From NCBI GenBank assembly GCA_964016885.1, contig OZ024740.1, positions 378,014,001-378,078,000 on the forward strand: DNA of 64,000 bases, written 5' to 3'. The DNA comes from Eledone cirrhosa (lineage: Eukaryota). A model generated the notes under the pieces. It had not been told where the DNA came from, searched no databases, and saw only the letters and a list, made by a program, of their open reading frames with translations. The position numbers and the translations under genes were made by a program. The first letter of the stretch is position 1. Each line of letters starts with the position of its first letter. Below, piece after piece: positions 1 through 13,194 of the stretch.

Positions 1-1996
1 CCAGATCATCAGCATAGAGAAGTTCCCATGGACAGCCAGTCTTAAACTCCTCTGTTATGGCTTGGAGGACTATAATGAACAAGAGCGGGCTGAGGACCGA
101 ACCCTGATGTACTCCTACTTGTATCTGGAATTCCTCACTAAACTCCATTCCTACCCTCACTTTACTGAGAGTATCTCTGTACAAAGTTTGCACTGTCCTC
201 ACAAGCCATTCCTCAACACCTAGCTTCCTTAGGAACCACCAGATGACAGATCGGGGTACCCTATCAAAAGCCTTCTCTAGGTCAACAAAGGTTATGTATA
301 GTGGCTTATTTTTCTCTAAGAACCTCTCTTGCAATTGTCTCACCAAGAAGAGGGCATCTGTTGTACTCTTCCCATGCACAAAACCAAACTGCATCTCATC
401 TAGTTTGACCCTTTCTCTAATTAGTTGTGCTAATATCCTTTCTGCCACTTTCATAACCTGATCTATCAGTTTTATACCCCTATAATTGCTCCTCTCCAGA
501 GCATCCCCTTTACCTTTGTAGCAATTTATGAGAATACTGCTGCACCAGTCTTTGGGTATGACACCACCATATAGCGCCTGATTGATGATGCGTGCAACCA
601 GTTTAGTGCCTACGTCCCCTGATGCCTTCAGCATCTCAGCAACTATTCCCGATGGTCCAGCAGCCTTACCATTTTTCATTTCCCTAATCGCCTCTTGGAC
701 CCTATATTCATCAATCTCAATAGCTGGTCCCTCTGTCGGATCTACTAAGGGTAATTTCTCTCTCGCCCATTCGTTCTCCACATTCATCAGTCTCTCATAA
801 TGACATTTCCAGGCCTCCTTTTTCTGATCATTCGTGACACTAAGTACACCGGCATCATCCCGGACACATTTATCTCCAACAACATCCTGATTTGCATTGA
901 CACACTGCCTTGCAATGTGGAACACCGCACGCCTCTGATCTTCCCGTCGCAGAACATTGGCAAACCTCCTACTCTCCGCCTCCCTGCGTGCTAAGTACAC
1001 CTGACGTCTAGCTTCTCTCTTAGTGGCTGTATATTCTTCCCTACACCCACCCTTTTTCCAAGCCTTCCATGCTAGTCTTTTGTCTCTAATGGCCTTATCT
1101 ACTGTGCTGTTCCACCACCAGGTCACTCTCTGTCTGGTTGGAGCTCTGCTCCAGCCATAAGTTTCATCAGTAGCCTGCAGCAAGTTGTCACGTAAGAAAT
1201 TCCAGTTATTATCTATGTCATACGCCTCTAAATCGTCTTCTTTTTCGTCATACACATCTTGAAGGGCTTTCCTAAATTTGAATTTTAGTGAAAGGTCTTT
1301 TAGCTTCCAGACTTTTCTTCTCCACACCTTCCTATATGTCTCATTCCATCTCTTGCTTACTGAGATATCACTAACAACTAACCTATGCTGTGGGGGTACA
1401 TTCTTCCCCAGGATATGCCTTGGTATTGGACACTATCTGCCTGTCCCGCTGCCTAACTAGTAAGAAGTCAATCTGGCTTATGTGCTCACCAGATTTGAGG
1501 GTTATTAGATGATTGGCAGGTTTCTGGAAGTTTGTGTTGCAAATAGTCAATGTACCTGCATCACAAAATTCAAGAAGTCTCACTCCTTCTTCATTTCTTG
1601 AGCCGTAACCGTGCCCTCCATGTACCCCAGTGTAACCATCCTGGAGCTGTCCAACATGACCATTGAAGTCTCCTGCTAGCATAACGATGTCTCCGTCCTC
1701 TGTCATTGCGGTTGTTTGTAAAAGTTGCTCGTAAAAGCAGTCTTTCCCATCTTTGCCTAGGCCTGCTTGGGGAGCATAGGCCGAGATGATTGTGAGTAGT
1801 CTCCTGCCTACAACTAATCTAAGCTTAATTATTCGATTACTAACTCGAACTACCTCTATTGTCTTATTGATCCATTTCTCAGCCAGGAAAATGCCTACTC
1901 CCCCTAACCCATCATCCTAACCTACCCAGAATAGCTTATAGCTAAGACGTTTGCCTACGACTAGTCTCGCAGAGGCACCTCTCCATCTCACCTCTT
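1..1996 (-). mobile_element. RTE-clade LINE (family C), degenerate; APE endonuclease plus RT N-terminal part, runs off the window start
   Basis: Minus strand reads EVRWRGAS (~1995), the ORF 1383-1706 APE motifs (GDFNGHVG, SQIDFLL) and [16 protein letters not shown] at 1-50; contains stops and frameshifts; 5' end abuts (TA)n. Confidence 0.93.
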
Positions 1997-2407
<411 letters not shown>

Positions 2408-3904
2408 AGTAAACCAAGTCATACAGAATGGGGTTGTTCCGAAGGACTGGCGTAGCAGCATCATCATTAACTGCTACAAGGGTAAAGGAGACGCCCTAGA
2501 TAGGAGTAACTATAGAGGCATTAAATTAATCGCCCAGGTCATGAAGGTCACGGAAAAAGTAATAGCGCAACTAATCAGAGAGAGAATCGATCTAGATGAA
2601 ATGCAGTTCGGGTTTGTGTCAGGCAAAAGTACCACAGACGCTCTTTTCATTGTACGACAACTACAGGAGAAGTACCTAGCTAAAAGTAAACCCCTATACT
2701 TAGCTTTCGTCGACTTGGAGAAAGCCTTCGACAGAGTCCCCCATTCCGTTATCTGGTGGGCTCTTAGAAAACTAGGTGTTGATGAATGGCTTGTGAGAGC
2801 TATACAAGCCATGTATAAAGAAACAGTCAGCAAGGTTAGAATTAACAACGAATATAGTGAAGAGTTTAGCGTAAAAGTTGGTGTTCATCAGGGCTCTGTT
2901 CTTAGCCCCCTACTATTTATTATTGCCCTTCAGGCTATAACAGTGGAGTTCAAGACCGGCTGCCCATGGGAACTCCTATACGCAGATGATCTAACGCTCA
3001 TAGCTGAATCAATGGCCGAGCTAGAGAAGAAATTCCAAACATGGAAGCACGGCCTAGAATCAAAAGGCCTTACAATTAACCTGGCTAAGACTAAAGTTCT
3101 AGTGTGTAGGAAGGAAAATAGGGTACCAGTCCCATCTGGGAAATGGCCATGCTCAGTATGTAGGAAAGGAGTAGGCAGAAACTCCATTTTATGTCCCAAA
3201 TGCAAAGTATGGGTGCATAAAAGACGTAGTGGGATCATAGGTAAGCTAACTAAGAACATAGATTTTACATGTGGCCGGTGCTCTGGTGCAATAAGTAGCA
3301 GCAAGTGCCCACAAAATACTAGCTCTTTCAATTGCGCAGAGGGTTCTATAGAAATAGTGGACAGCTTCCGTTACCTGGGTGACAAAATCCACGGAGTAGG
3401 CAGACCCAGAAAAACCTGGAACGACTTGATAAATTCCGACCTCACACACTTACATCTCTCCAAGACAATGTCACTGGACCGAGAGCTTTGGCGCTACACA
3501 GTAATAGAGAAGACCCGCCTTACCTAAGTACAAAGTGAAACCTACTACAGTCAGTAGGCACCTCTAACAAAATACACCCCCGTCCCACTACCCACACCCC
3601 ATCCACACCACCCCTTTCAATGTGAAGTCATGTTGGTACCACAACATCCAGGCCGAAACAAATGAGGTTGTGTAGGTGTCACGACAAAAAAACACACAGT
3701 CCACGCTGTAATGTGGCCGTGTAGGTGACACAGTAAAAACCTCCCAGTTCCACACTGTAAATGTGGTTAGTGTTAGGAAGGGCATCCAGCCGTAGAAAAC
3801 CCGCCAGACAGTCCTATGCGAGCAAGACAACCACTCTTGCCTCAAATGGGAAAACTCCCGTCCAGACCCATGCAAGCGTGGAATATGGGAATATGGACTT
3901 AAAC

Positions 3905-3940
<36 letters not shown>
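2408..3940 (+). mobile_element. RTE LINE family A, 5'-truncated, internal ~408-bp deletion, 3' UTR and (GAT)n tail
   Basis: ORF 2541-3527 has RT motifs (DLEKAFD, QGSVLSP, YADD); GDKI|HGVGRP junction relative to the 57.5-kb copy; (GAT)n at 3904-3940. Confidence 0.95.
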
Positions 3941-3963
3941 ATATATTATATATATATTATATA

Positions 3964-4009
<46 letters not shown>

Positions 4010-4042
4010 CATATATATATATATATAATATATATATATATA

Positions 4043-5263
4043 CTAGCATTAAAGCCCGGCGTTGCTCGGGGTCATTAAGTTACCAAAGTTAGGTTGCACC
4101 ACCCATTTTATGGCAGCACGTTTTTGTCTGCCAGGCACTGGGTGAATGAATTGCAGACCTGGAAGCAGGAGCTGCGCCAGCAGTGACAATTGTAGTTTCG
4201 CCTATGGATATTATCTCTGTGCAAAAAAGTGTTGAAATTTATTGTTTCACAGTACTTGCGCAACACGCGCGTAGACGATGCCAGCCGAACAACAGAGCTG
4301 CGATGGAGTTGTTCTGCATGGTTGTCTGTGTGTTTTCTAAATTGAAGACAGTAGGGAGGGTTGTGATATGAGGGAGAGTTAGCTGTTGTTTCTAGCAGGT
4401 TTAGTGACCTCATAGAGGATATGTGTTTTCTAAATTTAAGACAGTAGGGAGTGGTGTGATATGGGGGAGAGTTAGCTGCTGTTTCTAGCAGGTTTAGTGA
4501 CCTCATAGAAGATATGTTTTCTAAATTTAAGACAGTAGGGAGGGGTGTGATATGGGGGAGAGTTAGCTGCTGTTTCTAGCAGGTTTAGTAACCTCATAGA
4601 GGATATGTGTTTTCTAAATTTAAGACAGTAGGGAGTGGTGTGATATGGGGGAGAGTTAGCTGCTGTTTCTAGCAGGTTTAGTGACCTCATAGAGGATATT
4701 ATTGTTTATCATTATCTATAAAAGGCAGATTGTTGTTGTTGTTGTTGAAGTGAGTGTTTGTTTGTATGCGTTTGGAAAAGAGGTTTTAAAAAAGATTTAT
4801 CGCTTGTTGTTGAATAAATGTATATGTTGCTTTTTAAATGTTTTTTTATCATTTGAAGTGAGTGTGTGTTTGTATGCGTTTGGAAATAAATCAGTAAGTT
4901 TGAAGTATACAAGAGAAAGTAGCAAAATGCGTGGGTTATAGATAGAGGTAAGCAGATGATATGAGAGAGTAAAACGGACAGTATCACCATCAAGCTTGGA
5001 AAGAGAAAGTAGCAGAAAGTATGAAGTTGTATAGATTTTGAATGGTAGTGGAAAGAGTTTAGCAGTTTAAATGACAGAGAAAAATCGTAAAATATTGAGT
5101 TTTATCTATTTTCTGCGTAATTGTGGGTGAAATTGAAAAAATTATCTGTGCCAAGACGCAATCGAAGCTATTTCGAATACTGAATTGTAAATTTCAATTG
5201 AAGAAATTCTATATTGTAGATTTCTATAAGAAAGGAGCATGACCACACACTGAGCTTTATAGA
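4043..5263 (-). mobile_element. Non-autonomous Helitron
   Basis: Minus-strand 3' end CTAG (4043-4046) followed by T, with a GC-rich hairpin (4055-4070) 8 nt inside; 5' A|TC start at 5263 (alternative 5269); no TSD; same terminal motif at 63564. Confidence 0.7.
4330..4698. repeat. Tandem repeat, ~4 x ~92 bp, inside the Helitron
   Basis: Unit TGTTTTCTAAATTTAAGACAGTAGGGAG...CTAGCAGGTTTAGTGACCTCATAGAGGATAT repeated four times. Confidence 0.93.
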
Positions 5264-5300
5264 TTATGATATATATATTATATATATATATATATATATT

Positions 5301-6709
5301 ATCATCATCATCATCATCATTATCGTTTAACGTCCATCTTCCATGCTTGCATGGGTTTGGATGGGAGCTTTCCCACTTGAGGCAAGATTGGATGTCCTAC
5401 TCGTATAGGACTGTCTGGCGGGTTTTCTACGGCTGGATGTCCTTCCTAACACCAACCACGTTTACAGTGTGGACTGGGAGGTTTTTACCGTGTTACCTAC
5501 ATGGTCACATTACAGCGTGGACTGTGTGTTTTTTTTGTCGTGACACCTACACGACCTTATTTGTTTCGGACTGGATGTTGTGGTACCAACATAACTTCAC
5601 ATTTAAGAGGGTGGTGTGGATGGGGTGTGGGTAGTGGGAGGTGGTGTATTTTGTTAGAGGTGCCTACTGACTGTAGGTTTCACTTTGTACTTAGGCAAGG
5701 CGGGTCTTCTGTGTTACTGTGTAGCGCCAAAGATCTCGGTCCAGTGACATTGTCTTGGAGAAATGTAAGTGTGTGAGGTCGAAATTTATCAAGTCGTCCC
5801 AGGTTTTTCTGGGTCTGCCTACTCCGTGGCTACCGTCTATTTTTATCGCTCTGCACTTTTTTATACAGCTGTCGTCTTTCATGCGCATCACGTGACCGTA
5901 CCAGCGTAGTCTTCTCTCAAGTAAACAACATCTGATCCCTCTTATTCCTAATTTCTCCCTTAGTTCATTTATGCTTTGCCGTTCACGTATATTACTATTA
6001 CACATCCAGCGGAGCACGCAAGCTTCGTTTCTCTCCAGTCTGCGTATATCCTCTGCACACAATGCCCAGGTCTCACTGCCATGTAACATTGCTGTTCGTA
6101 TGCAGGCATCATACAGCCTGCCTTTCATTTTTGGAGAGAACCCTTTAGCGACCAATAGTGGTAGAAACTCTCTGAACTTTTTCCATCCCGTTCTGACTCT
6201 AGCTACTGTACTTTCAGAGCACCCTCCCCCACTGCTGATTTTGTCACCCAGGTAATGGAAGGTGTCCACTATTTCTATAGAACCTTCTGTGCAATGGAAT
6301 GAGCTAGTATTCTGTGGGCACTGGCTGCTACTTATTGCACCGGAGCACCGGCCACATATAAAATCTATATTCTTAGTTAGCTTACCTGTGATCCCACTAC
6401 ATCCTTTATGCACCCATACTTTGCATTTGGGACATAAAATGGAGTTTCTGCCTACTCCTTTCCTACATACTGAGCATGGCCATTTCCCAGATGGGACCGG
6501 TGCCCTATTTTCCTTCCTACACACTAGAACTTTAGTCTTAGACAAGTTTACTTTAAAGCCTTTTGATTCTAGGCCATGCTTCCATGTTTGGAATTTCTTC
6601 TCTAGTTCAGCCATTGATTCAGCTATGAGCGTTAGATCATCTGCATATAGGAGTTCCCATGGGCAGCCGGTCTTGAACTCCTCTGTTATAGCCTGAAGGG
6701 CAATAATAA

Positions 6710-6711
<2 letters not shown>
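5301..6711 (-). mobile_element. RTE LINE family A, 5'-truncated, with (GAT)n tail
   Basis: ORF 5691-6614 (PHD finger plus RT C-terminus); (CAT)n at 5301-5320; both ends in (TA)n. Confidence 0.95.
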
Positions 6712-6780
<69 letters not shown>

Positions 6781-6792
6781 ATATATTATATA

Positions 6793-7142
6793 TCATCATC
6801 ATCATCATCATCATTTCATTTTACGTCCGCTTTTTCCCTGCTTGCAAGGGTGGGACCCGAACTGATTCTGGCTTGATTTCTACAGCTGGATGCCCTTCCT
6901 AACACCAACCTCATTTACAGTGAGTGCTGGGTGCTTTTTTGCCGTGTCACCTCCACGACCATTTTGCAGTGGAATGATATGGACCCCAGTCCCTATCATC
7001 TCATTTCTACAGCTGAGTAAACTGGAGCAATGTGAAATAAAGTGTCTTGCTCAGGGAAACGACACGTCACCCGGTCTGAGAATTGAACTCACAACCTTTC
7101 GATTGCAAGGCCAATGCTCTAACCACTAAGCCATGTGCCTCC
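6793..7142 (-). mobile_element. Full-length tRNA-derived SINE with RTE-type 3' tail
   Basis: Head GGAGGCACATGGCTTAGTGGTTAGAGC (A box) ... GAGTTCAATTC (B box); body shared with RTE 3' UTR; (ATG)n tail; flanked by (TA)n. Confidence 0.88.
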
Positions 7143-7185
7143 ATATATATATATATATTATATATATATATTATATATATATATA

Positions 7186-7617
7186 TCATCATCATCACCG
7201 TTTTACGTCCGTTCTTCCACGCTAGCATGGTTGTCCTGTTGTGAGCAGTATCTGGTCGGCTGACCATGCCTTGCTCATACAGGAACTGGTTTGGCTTGAT
7301 TTCTACAGCTGGATGCCTTTCCTAACACCAACCTCATTTACAGTGAGTGCTGGGTGCTTTTTCGTGGCGTCTACACGTCCACTTTACAGTGTGGGCTGGG
7401 TGCTTTTTTGCCGTGGCACCTCCACGACCACCTTGCAGTGGGGGGTGTGGGGGCATATTGTCTATATGCTTCAGCTTGTACCCATGGGAGGTCGGGTACT
7501 CTGTATTACTGCGTGACGCCAGAGGTCATGGTCGTGTGTCATCACCTTTGAGAGGTGTAATTGGGTAAGGTCGGCTTTTATCACCTCATCCCAGGTCATC
7601 TTGGGTCTCCCCACTCT
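7186..7617 (-). mobile_element. RTE LINE family B 3' end fragment
   Basis: Matches the 3' ends of the copies ending at 36180 and 56102; (CAT)n at 7186. Confidence 0.9.
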
Positions 7618-7719
7618 GCTGGCACTAGTATCGAGCACCTTTGGCATACGCTACTTGGCAAATAACTATATGTATCACCTATCCTCCCTTTTTTTCTCTC
7701 TCTCGATACGTAAATACTG

Positions 7720-7786
<67 letters not shown>

Positions 7787-7959
7787 ATATTATATATATA
7801 TATATTATATATATATATATTATATATTATATATATATATATAATATATATATATTATATTATATATATATATATATTATATATATATATATTATATATT
7901 ATATATATATATATAATATATATATATTATATATATTATATATATATATTATATATATA
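7720..7959. repeat. (TA)n microsatellite
   Basis: Directly visible. Confidence 0.98.
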
Positions 7960-8306
7960 TTTAGGCGGGGTGGTCAGACATCCCGTCTAATTGGATATTG
8001 TATACTGGCACATAGTCAAACAAGGAAGAAGGAACATACCTCAGTATTATGTTATAGAAACATTTTTTTAATTAGAGCAATTAAAGAATATATTCAAATA
8101 CATCAGTGCGCCTAGGTTAGGATATATTTTAGTCGTCATATAAAACCGCATGGTGTGATATCGTCCTTTGGATCACTGCATGGAAAACACGTCTATTGCC
8201 CGAGGTATCACCGTTCAAGAGTCATTGTTTCAGCTACTGACGTCAGAACTAAAGGCAGTTAATCGACTGCCTTTAAAGTCGACGCTAGATGGCGTGATCT
8301 TCTACA
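7960..8306 (-). repeat. Gypsy 3' LTR
   Basis: Direct repeat of 12724-13076; begins TGTAG on minus; preceded by purine-rich CTGGTGGGAGGCCA (8307-8320). Confidence 0.93.
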
Positions 8307-8647
8307 TGGCCTCCCACCAGATTTTTAGAAAATTAAATAAAAATCGGTTCATCGAATCATGTATGTAGAAAAAACCGATTAACAACCATCAAAAATCCCA
8401 ACCAAGGAGCAATCAGCCCAACCGAGCATGAAGGTCACAACAAATTTCAAAAATACATATTAAACAAGCATGCAAGAACGTGAAAGGAAAAAAACAAATG
8501 TAATAAAATGTAAATACAATTTCCTAAAAGTTCCAATAGTTACTACACGATTAAAGCACCGCACAATAGCAGTTTAAAAATATACCGTGCTACACAGTTT
8601 TTTTGGCCAATGAACCCTCCGACCGAAATGGGTCGTAGTCTTATATC

Positions 8648-9733
8648 TTAGTGATGGGGGGAGGGGGACGAAGAAGCAGGTGTATGTGCGAAAGAAAAAG
8701 ACAGGGGCGTTTGTGGCGCAGGTGCGATAGCATCTGTGTCCAAATGTGCTTGTTTGAGTCTATCAATCGAAACCATCTCTCTGGAACCCTTAATGTCTAC
8801 AGTAAAATGTTTCTCGGAACGAGCTAATACATGGTAGGGTCCAAAGTATGGTTGTGTGAGAGGTGGTTTCACAGCATCGTTTCTCACAAACACATGGGTC
8901 CACGAGACAATATCCCTCAGGACTGCAGATTTTACAGTTTGCTTCTTCGTATCCATCGGCGGCAGGTCCTGAAAATAAGAACGCAGACGGGATACGTAGG
9001 AAAGCGGATCTTGTTCAGCAAGATCGACTGGGGCAAGCATTTGCCCAGGTAACGCTAGAGGAACACCATATAACAATTCGGCCGGGGAGAACCCAAGGTC
9101 CTCCTTTATTGTTGACCGAATCCCCAACAACACAATAGGGAGGTACTCGCTCCAGCGCGTAGAGTCAGGAGAAGTCCGTAGAGTGGCTTTTAGTTGTCGA
9201 TGGAAACGCTCCACCATTCCATTAGAGGCAGGATGATATGCAGTCGTTCGGATGCATTTAACGCCGATGATTTTCGTTAATTCATGGAAGAGATTCGATT
9301 CCAACTGTCTTCCACGGTCCGTTGTAATCGTGGTTGGCACTCCAAAGCGGGCAATCCATCCTGATAATAGGGCACGCGCTGTCGTTTCAGCAGTGAAGTC
9401 TTTCAAGAGGATGGCTTCAGGCCATCGCGAAAAACGATCAATAACAGTCAATGGATAAGTATGACCACCACTGACTGGCCAAGGTCCCACGATGTCCACA
9501 TGAATGTGCCAGAAACAGGCGTCCGGTTTACTGAACGTACCGAGCGGAGCCTTAACGTGTTTATGGATTTTCGATTTCTGGCAAGCGATGCAGGACCGCA
9601 CCAAGCAGTAATATCGCGCCTCATATTTGGCCAGAAGAATCTGGCTGTTATGAGCTGGGTGGGAAATGCTGTGTAAAGCAAGAAACACAGTACGACGATG
9701 GTTTAGCGGGACGAATGGTCTCGGTGAATCCAC
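8648..9733 (-). pseudogene. Gypsy integrase (frameshifted)
   Basis: HHCC remnant (HSISHP...CIAC), [26 protein letters not shown] motif. Confidence 0.93.
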
Positions 9734-11374
9734 GAAATGTTGCAGAGAATCTGTCCATCTGCGGTGGGCAATGGCAGGTATTTCAAATTACTCGTCGCAA
9801 ATTCAGCTGATGTAATATCCAACGATTCCAGTGCAGGTTGCTCTGCTGCCAAGTGATTTAAATCGATGTCGTGGGATGACGCAATTGAACTGATCGGCAA
9901 TCGAGACAGGGCGTCAGCCGCTGTGTTCAATGAGCCTGGAATGTGTTGGATGTCGTTTGTGAATTGCGAGATAAAGTCGAGATGCCTTGTTTCTCTGGGC
10001 GAGTACTTGTCGGACTTTGCCCTTAAAGCGAAGGTCAAAGGTTTATGGTTAGTATAGATTGTAAAACACCTTCCTTCAAGCATATGTGAAAAATGTTTCA
10101 CAGAAAGGTAGATGGCTAACGGCTCCTGGCCAAAGGTGCTGTAGCGAGTTTCTGCAGGCTTCAACTTCCTGGAGAAAAATTCCAATGGTTGTTGGTGATC
10201 GTCACTACTCTGTTGTAAGACTACACCCACTGCAGTATCCGACGCATCAACACAAAGCGAAAGCTTGACATTGGACACTGGGTGGGCCAGCAAAGATGCA
10301 CTAGCCAATGCTGATTTGGCTTTTTGAAAATCCTCGAGCTGAGTCTGAGTCAAAGAGATGTCCTTATTTTTCTTGCGGCAATTTTTCAGAATCTCAGTAA
10401 GAGAGAAGAGTAGATTAGCACAATGTGGAACAAAACGTCTATAGAAATTTATCAGTCCTAGGAATTGTCGCAACTGACGAAGTGAGGTCGGTGGAGGCAA
10501 ATCCTCTATAGCCTGAACTCGTTGAGGGAGGGGTCGAATACCCTCGGAGTCAATGACATGACCTAAAAAATTCAGTGATTCCGCACCGAAAACACATTTT
10601 GTGGTATTTATTTGAACACTGTAATCTTTGAGTCGACAAAACAAAAGATTCAAATGACGTATGTGTTCTTCTCTGGAGGAACTAGCAATAAGCAGATCAT
10701 CAATATAAGTGTAGATGAAGTCTAAACCACGAGTGACCTCATCCATGAACCATTGAAAAGTGCTAGCAGCATTCCTAAGTCCGAAAGGCATGGTAAGAAA
10801 TTCGAATGATCCAAATGGAGTCGTAATGGCCGTTTTCGGAATATCTTCATTCACCAAAGAATATTTTACATCCCTGCAATGACGATGCAAAATCTTGCAG
10901 GTGTGGAATAGGATATCTATCCGGGACAGTTATAGCATTTAACTTCCTATAATCCCCAGTGGGTCTCCAGTCGCCAGAAGTCTTGGGTACCATGTGCAAC
11001 GGAGAAGCCCAAGGGCTCGTAGAAGGACGAATTATGCCTAGCTGCAGCATGTGGTCGAAATCGGACCGTGCTACCTTCAATTTGTCCGCAGGCAAGCGAC
11101 GAGGACATGAGAACACTGGGGCACCAGTTGTAGAGATAAAATGCTCCGTTGTGTGAGTCGGTTCGACAACTCGAAAATTTCCCTGAGTAAGCTGTGGGAA
11201 AGAATTCAACAATGCATGATAGGGATTCCCAGCATTAGCGATGAAAAAGGTTGGGCTAACTGTTGGAAAATTAGGTTTCTGGCCACGAAGAGAAAAACCA
11301 GTAATGTCATCTATTAGGCGTCGGCCACGAACGTCCGCCGTCAATGCAAAATGGTGTAGAAAATCCGCTCCCAA
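9703..11374 (-). pseudogene. Gypsy reverse transcriptase / RNase H (split over ORFs 10847-11374 and 9703-10890)
   Basis: [33 protein letters not shown] motifs. Confidence 0.94.
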
Positions 11375-11422
11375 GATTGAATATGGTAGGTCAACAACCG
11401 TAAAAATCCATTTGAATTCTCA

Positions 11423-12300
11423 TCAAAGATTTCTGAATTGCAGAGGAAGCGAGATTTGTCCAAAAGTCCGTATCGGCGAATGATTGACAGCTTGTAGATT
11501 CATTGATGACTCAGGAGGAGTTACTGTCATACAATTGACAGGCCAAATACTGCACAAAGCTCCTGTGTCTATGAGGAAGGCTCTTCCAGACAGGAGGTCC
11601 TCTATGAAGAAATGGCGGTTCTGTTGTGTCTTGCAGAGTTCACTTGCCGCCTTTAGTGACTCTGATCTACATTTCCCGAAGCTGAATATTTGCACGGAGG
11701 CCGGCAATGTTTTGCCTTATCCGCGAAGGTGGCATGATACCAGCAAAATAATGGATTGCTGGCGGGTGAAGTAGTATGCTGACGTGGAGTCGCGAAAGAA
11801 GACGAATGACTCCTAGGCCGCCGGGAATACGGCCTATTCTCCCTGCATAACCGAGTGACTTGCTGCGTCAAAGCGTCAATAACTTTAACATGGCATCCTC
11901 GCGTGTCGAGACGGGCTGGTTCAAATGAGAAGAAGTAATACGCGAGTCCGAGGCGGTAGCCTTTTTAGGAAATTCCATGATTCAATCCGTGGAGGCAGCA
12001 TGTGGCGCAAAAATTTGGACGGCGACCTATTGCCTAGACACTCGTCCTCCAACAATGAACGAAAGCTGCTTTCAGCAGAACGACTGTTCCTTCGAAGAAT
12101 TTCTTCCCGCAACGAATCATAGGAAATTACCGGCCGATGGGTTCGTAATCAAATCTTTCACTGTTATAGCGAGTGAAGAAGGAATACCACTTATTAAAAA
12201 GTTGAGCTTCTGCTCGGTTTTCACTTCGTTGGCAGCGAAATAAGTGTCGAGCTGCGCAAACCAGAGCTTAGTATCACCCGAGAACGCAGGCTAACCAGGA
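11423..12300 (-). pseudogene. Gypsy gag and aspartic protease (frameshifted)
   Basis: LWFAQLDTYF gag N-terminal motif (~12270), CWYH..C..PC knuckle (ORF 11653-11871), FLIDTGA protease (ORF 11423-11707). Confidence 0.85.
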
Positions 12301-12707
12301 CCACTCATCGTCTATCTATTTCCACATGCACAAATAAAAGTAAGTAATGTTCAAAACGACAGCACAATTTTCCCTCAACATCCATAAAGTTGCCCGCAAG
12401 CAAAAGAAATTCAGTCACAGTACAAGAAATAGCAGCGAAAGTCCGAAGTGTGGGTATCTGTGAATTAAGATAGCCATTATGAAAGAAGATGGCATCGCCT
12501 TTCTTTTCCAAAACAAGAATATGGTCGCGTGATGAGGCTAACCAATCAGATGGCTGCATTTGAAGAAGAAAGACAATGTGCTGGAATGTTAGCTGGCCAG
12601 TCAGCCATTTTGAACAAAAATTTTTTTTTTTTTTTTATGTATAAGACGAACAATTTTCAATTTAAAACGAATGGCGAAATTAAGTAGGCTTCATTTTCAT
12701 ACTTAAT

Positions 12708-12722
12708 CGTCTAGGGTCACCA
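12708..12722 (-). promoter_or_regulatory. Primer-binding site, tRNA-Trp-like
   Basis: TGGTGACCCTAGACG directly 3' of the 5' LTR; close to TGGTGACCCCGACG, the complement of the tRNA-Trp 3' end. Confidence 0.75.
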
Positions 12723-12723
12723 C

Positions 12724-13076
12724 TTTAGAAGGAGGGGGGGGGGGGGGTCAGACATCCCGTCTAATTGGATATTGTATACTGGCACATAGTCAAACAAGGA
12801 AGAAGGAACATACCTCAGTATTATGTTATAGAAACATTTTTTAATTAGAGCAATTAAAGAATATATTCAAATACATCAGTGCGCCTAGGTTAGGATATAT
12901 TTTAGTCGTCATATAAAACCGCATGGTGTGATATCGTCCTTTGGATCACTGCGTGGAAAACACGTCTATTGCCTGAGGTATCACCATTCAAGAGTCATTG
13001 TTTCAGCTACTGACGTCAGAACTAAGAGCAGTTAATTGACTGCCTTCAAATTCGACGCTAGATGGCGTGATCTACA
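12724..13076 (-). repeat. Gypsy 5' LTR
   Basis: Direct repeat of 7960-8306; TGTAG...CTAAA on minus. Confidence 0.93.
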
Positions 13077-13084
13077 TATATAAT

Positions 13085-13157
<73 letters not shown>

Positions 13158-13194
13158 GTATATATTATATATATAATATATATATAGATATATA

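Larger units (their letters stand above)
7960..13076 (-). mobile_element. Full-length, degenerate Gypsy/Ty3 LTR retrotransposon
   Basis: Direct LTRs 12724-13076 and 7960-8306; PBS and PPT-like tract; gag-PR-RT-RNaseH-IN order on the minus strand with several frameshifts. Confidence 0.96.

Noticed and set aside
3380-3400. In-frame internal deletions in two RTE-A copies (408 and 174 bp) as spliced or functional variants
   Set aside because: Different breakpoints, no GT-AG ends, and the copies are 5'-truncated; compatible with chance
4330-4698. CRISPR-like array
   Set aside because: Contiguous tandem units without unique spacers, eukaryotic context, no cas genes
7060-7142. tRNA gene
   Set aside because: A/B boxes are present but continue into a SINE body and tail; no complete cloverleaf evident
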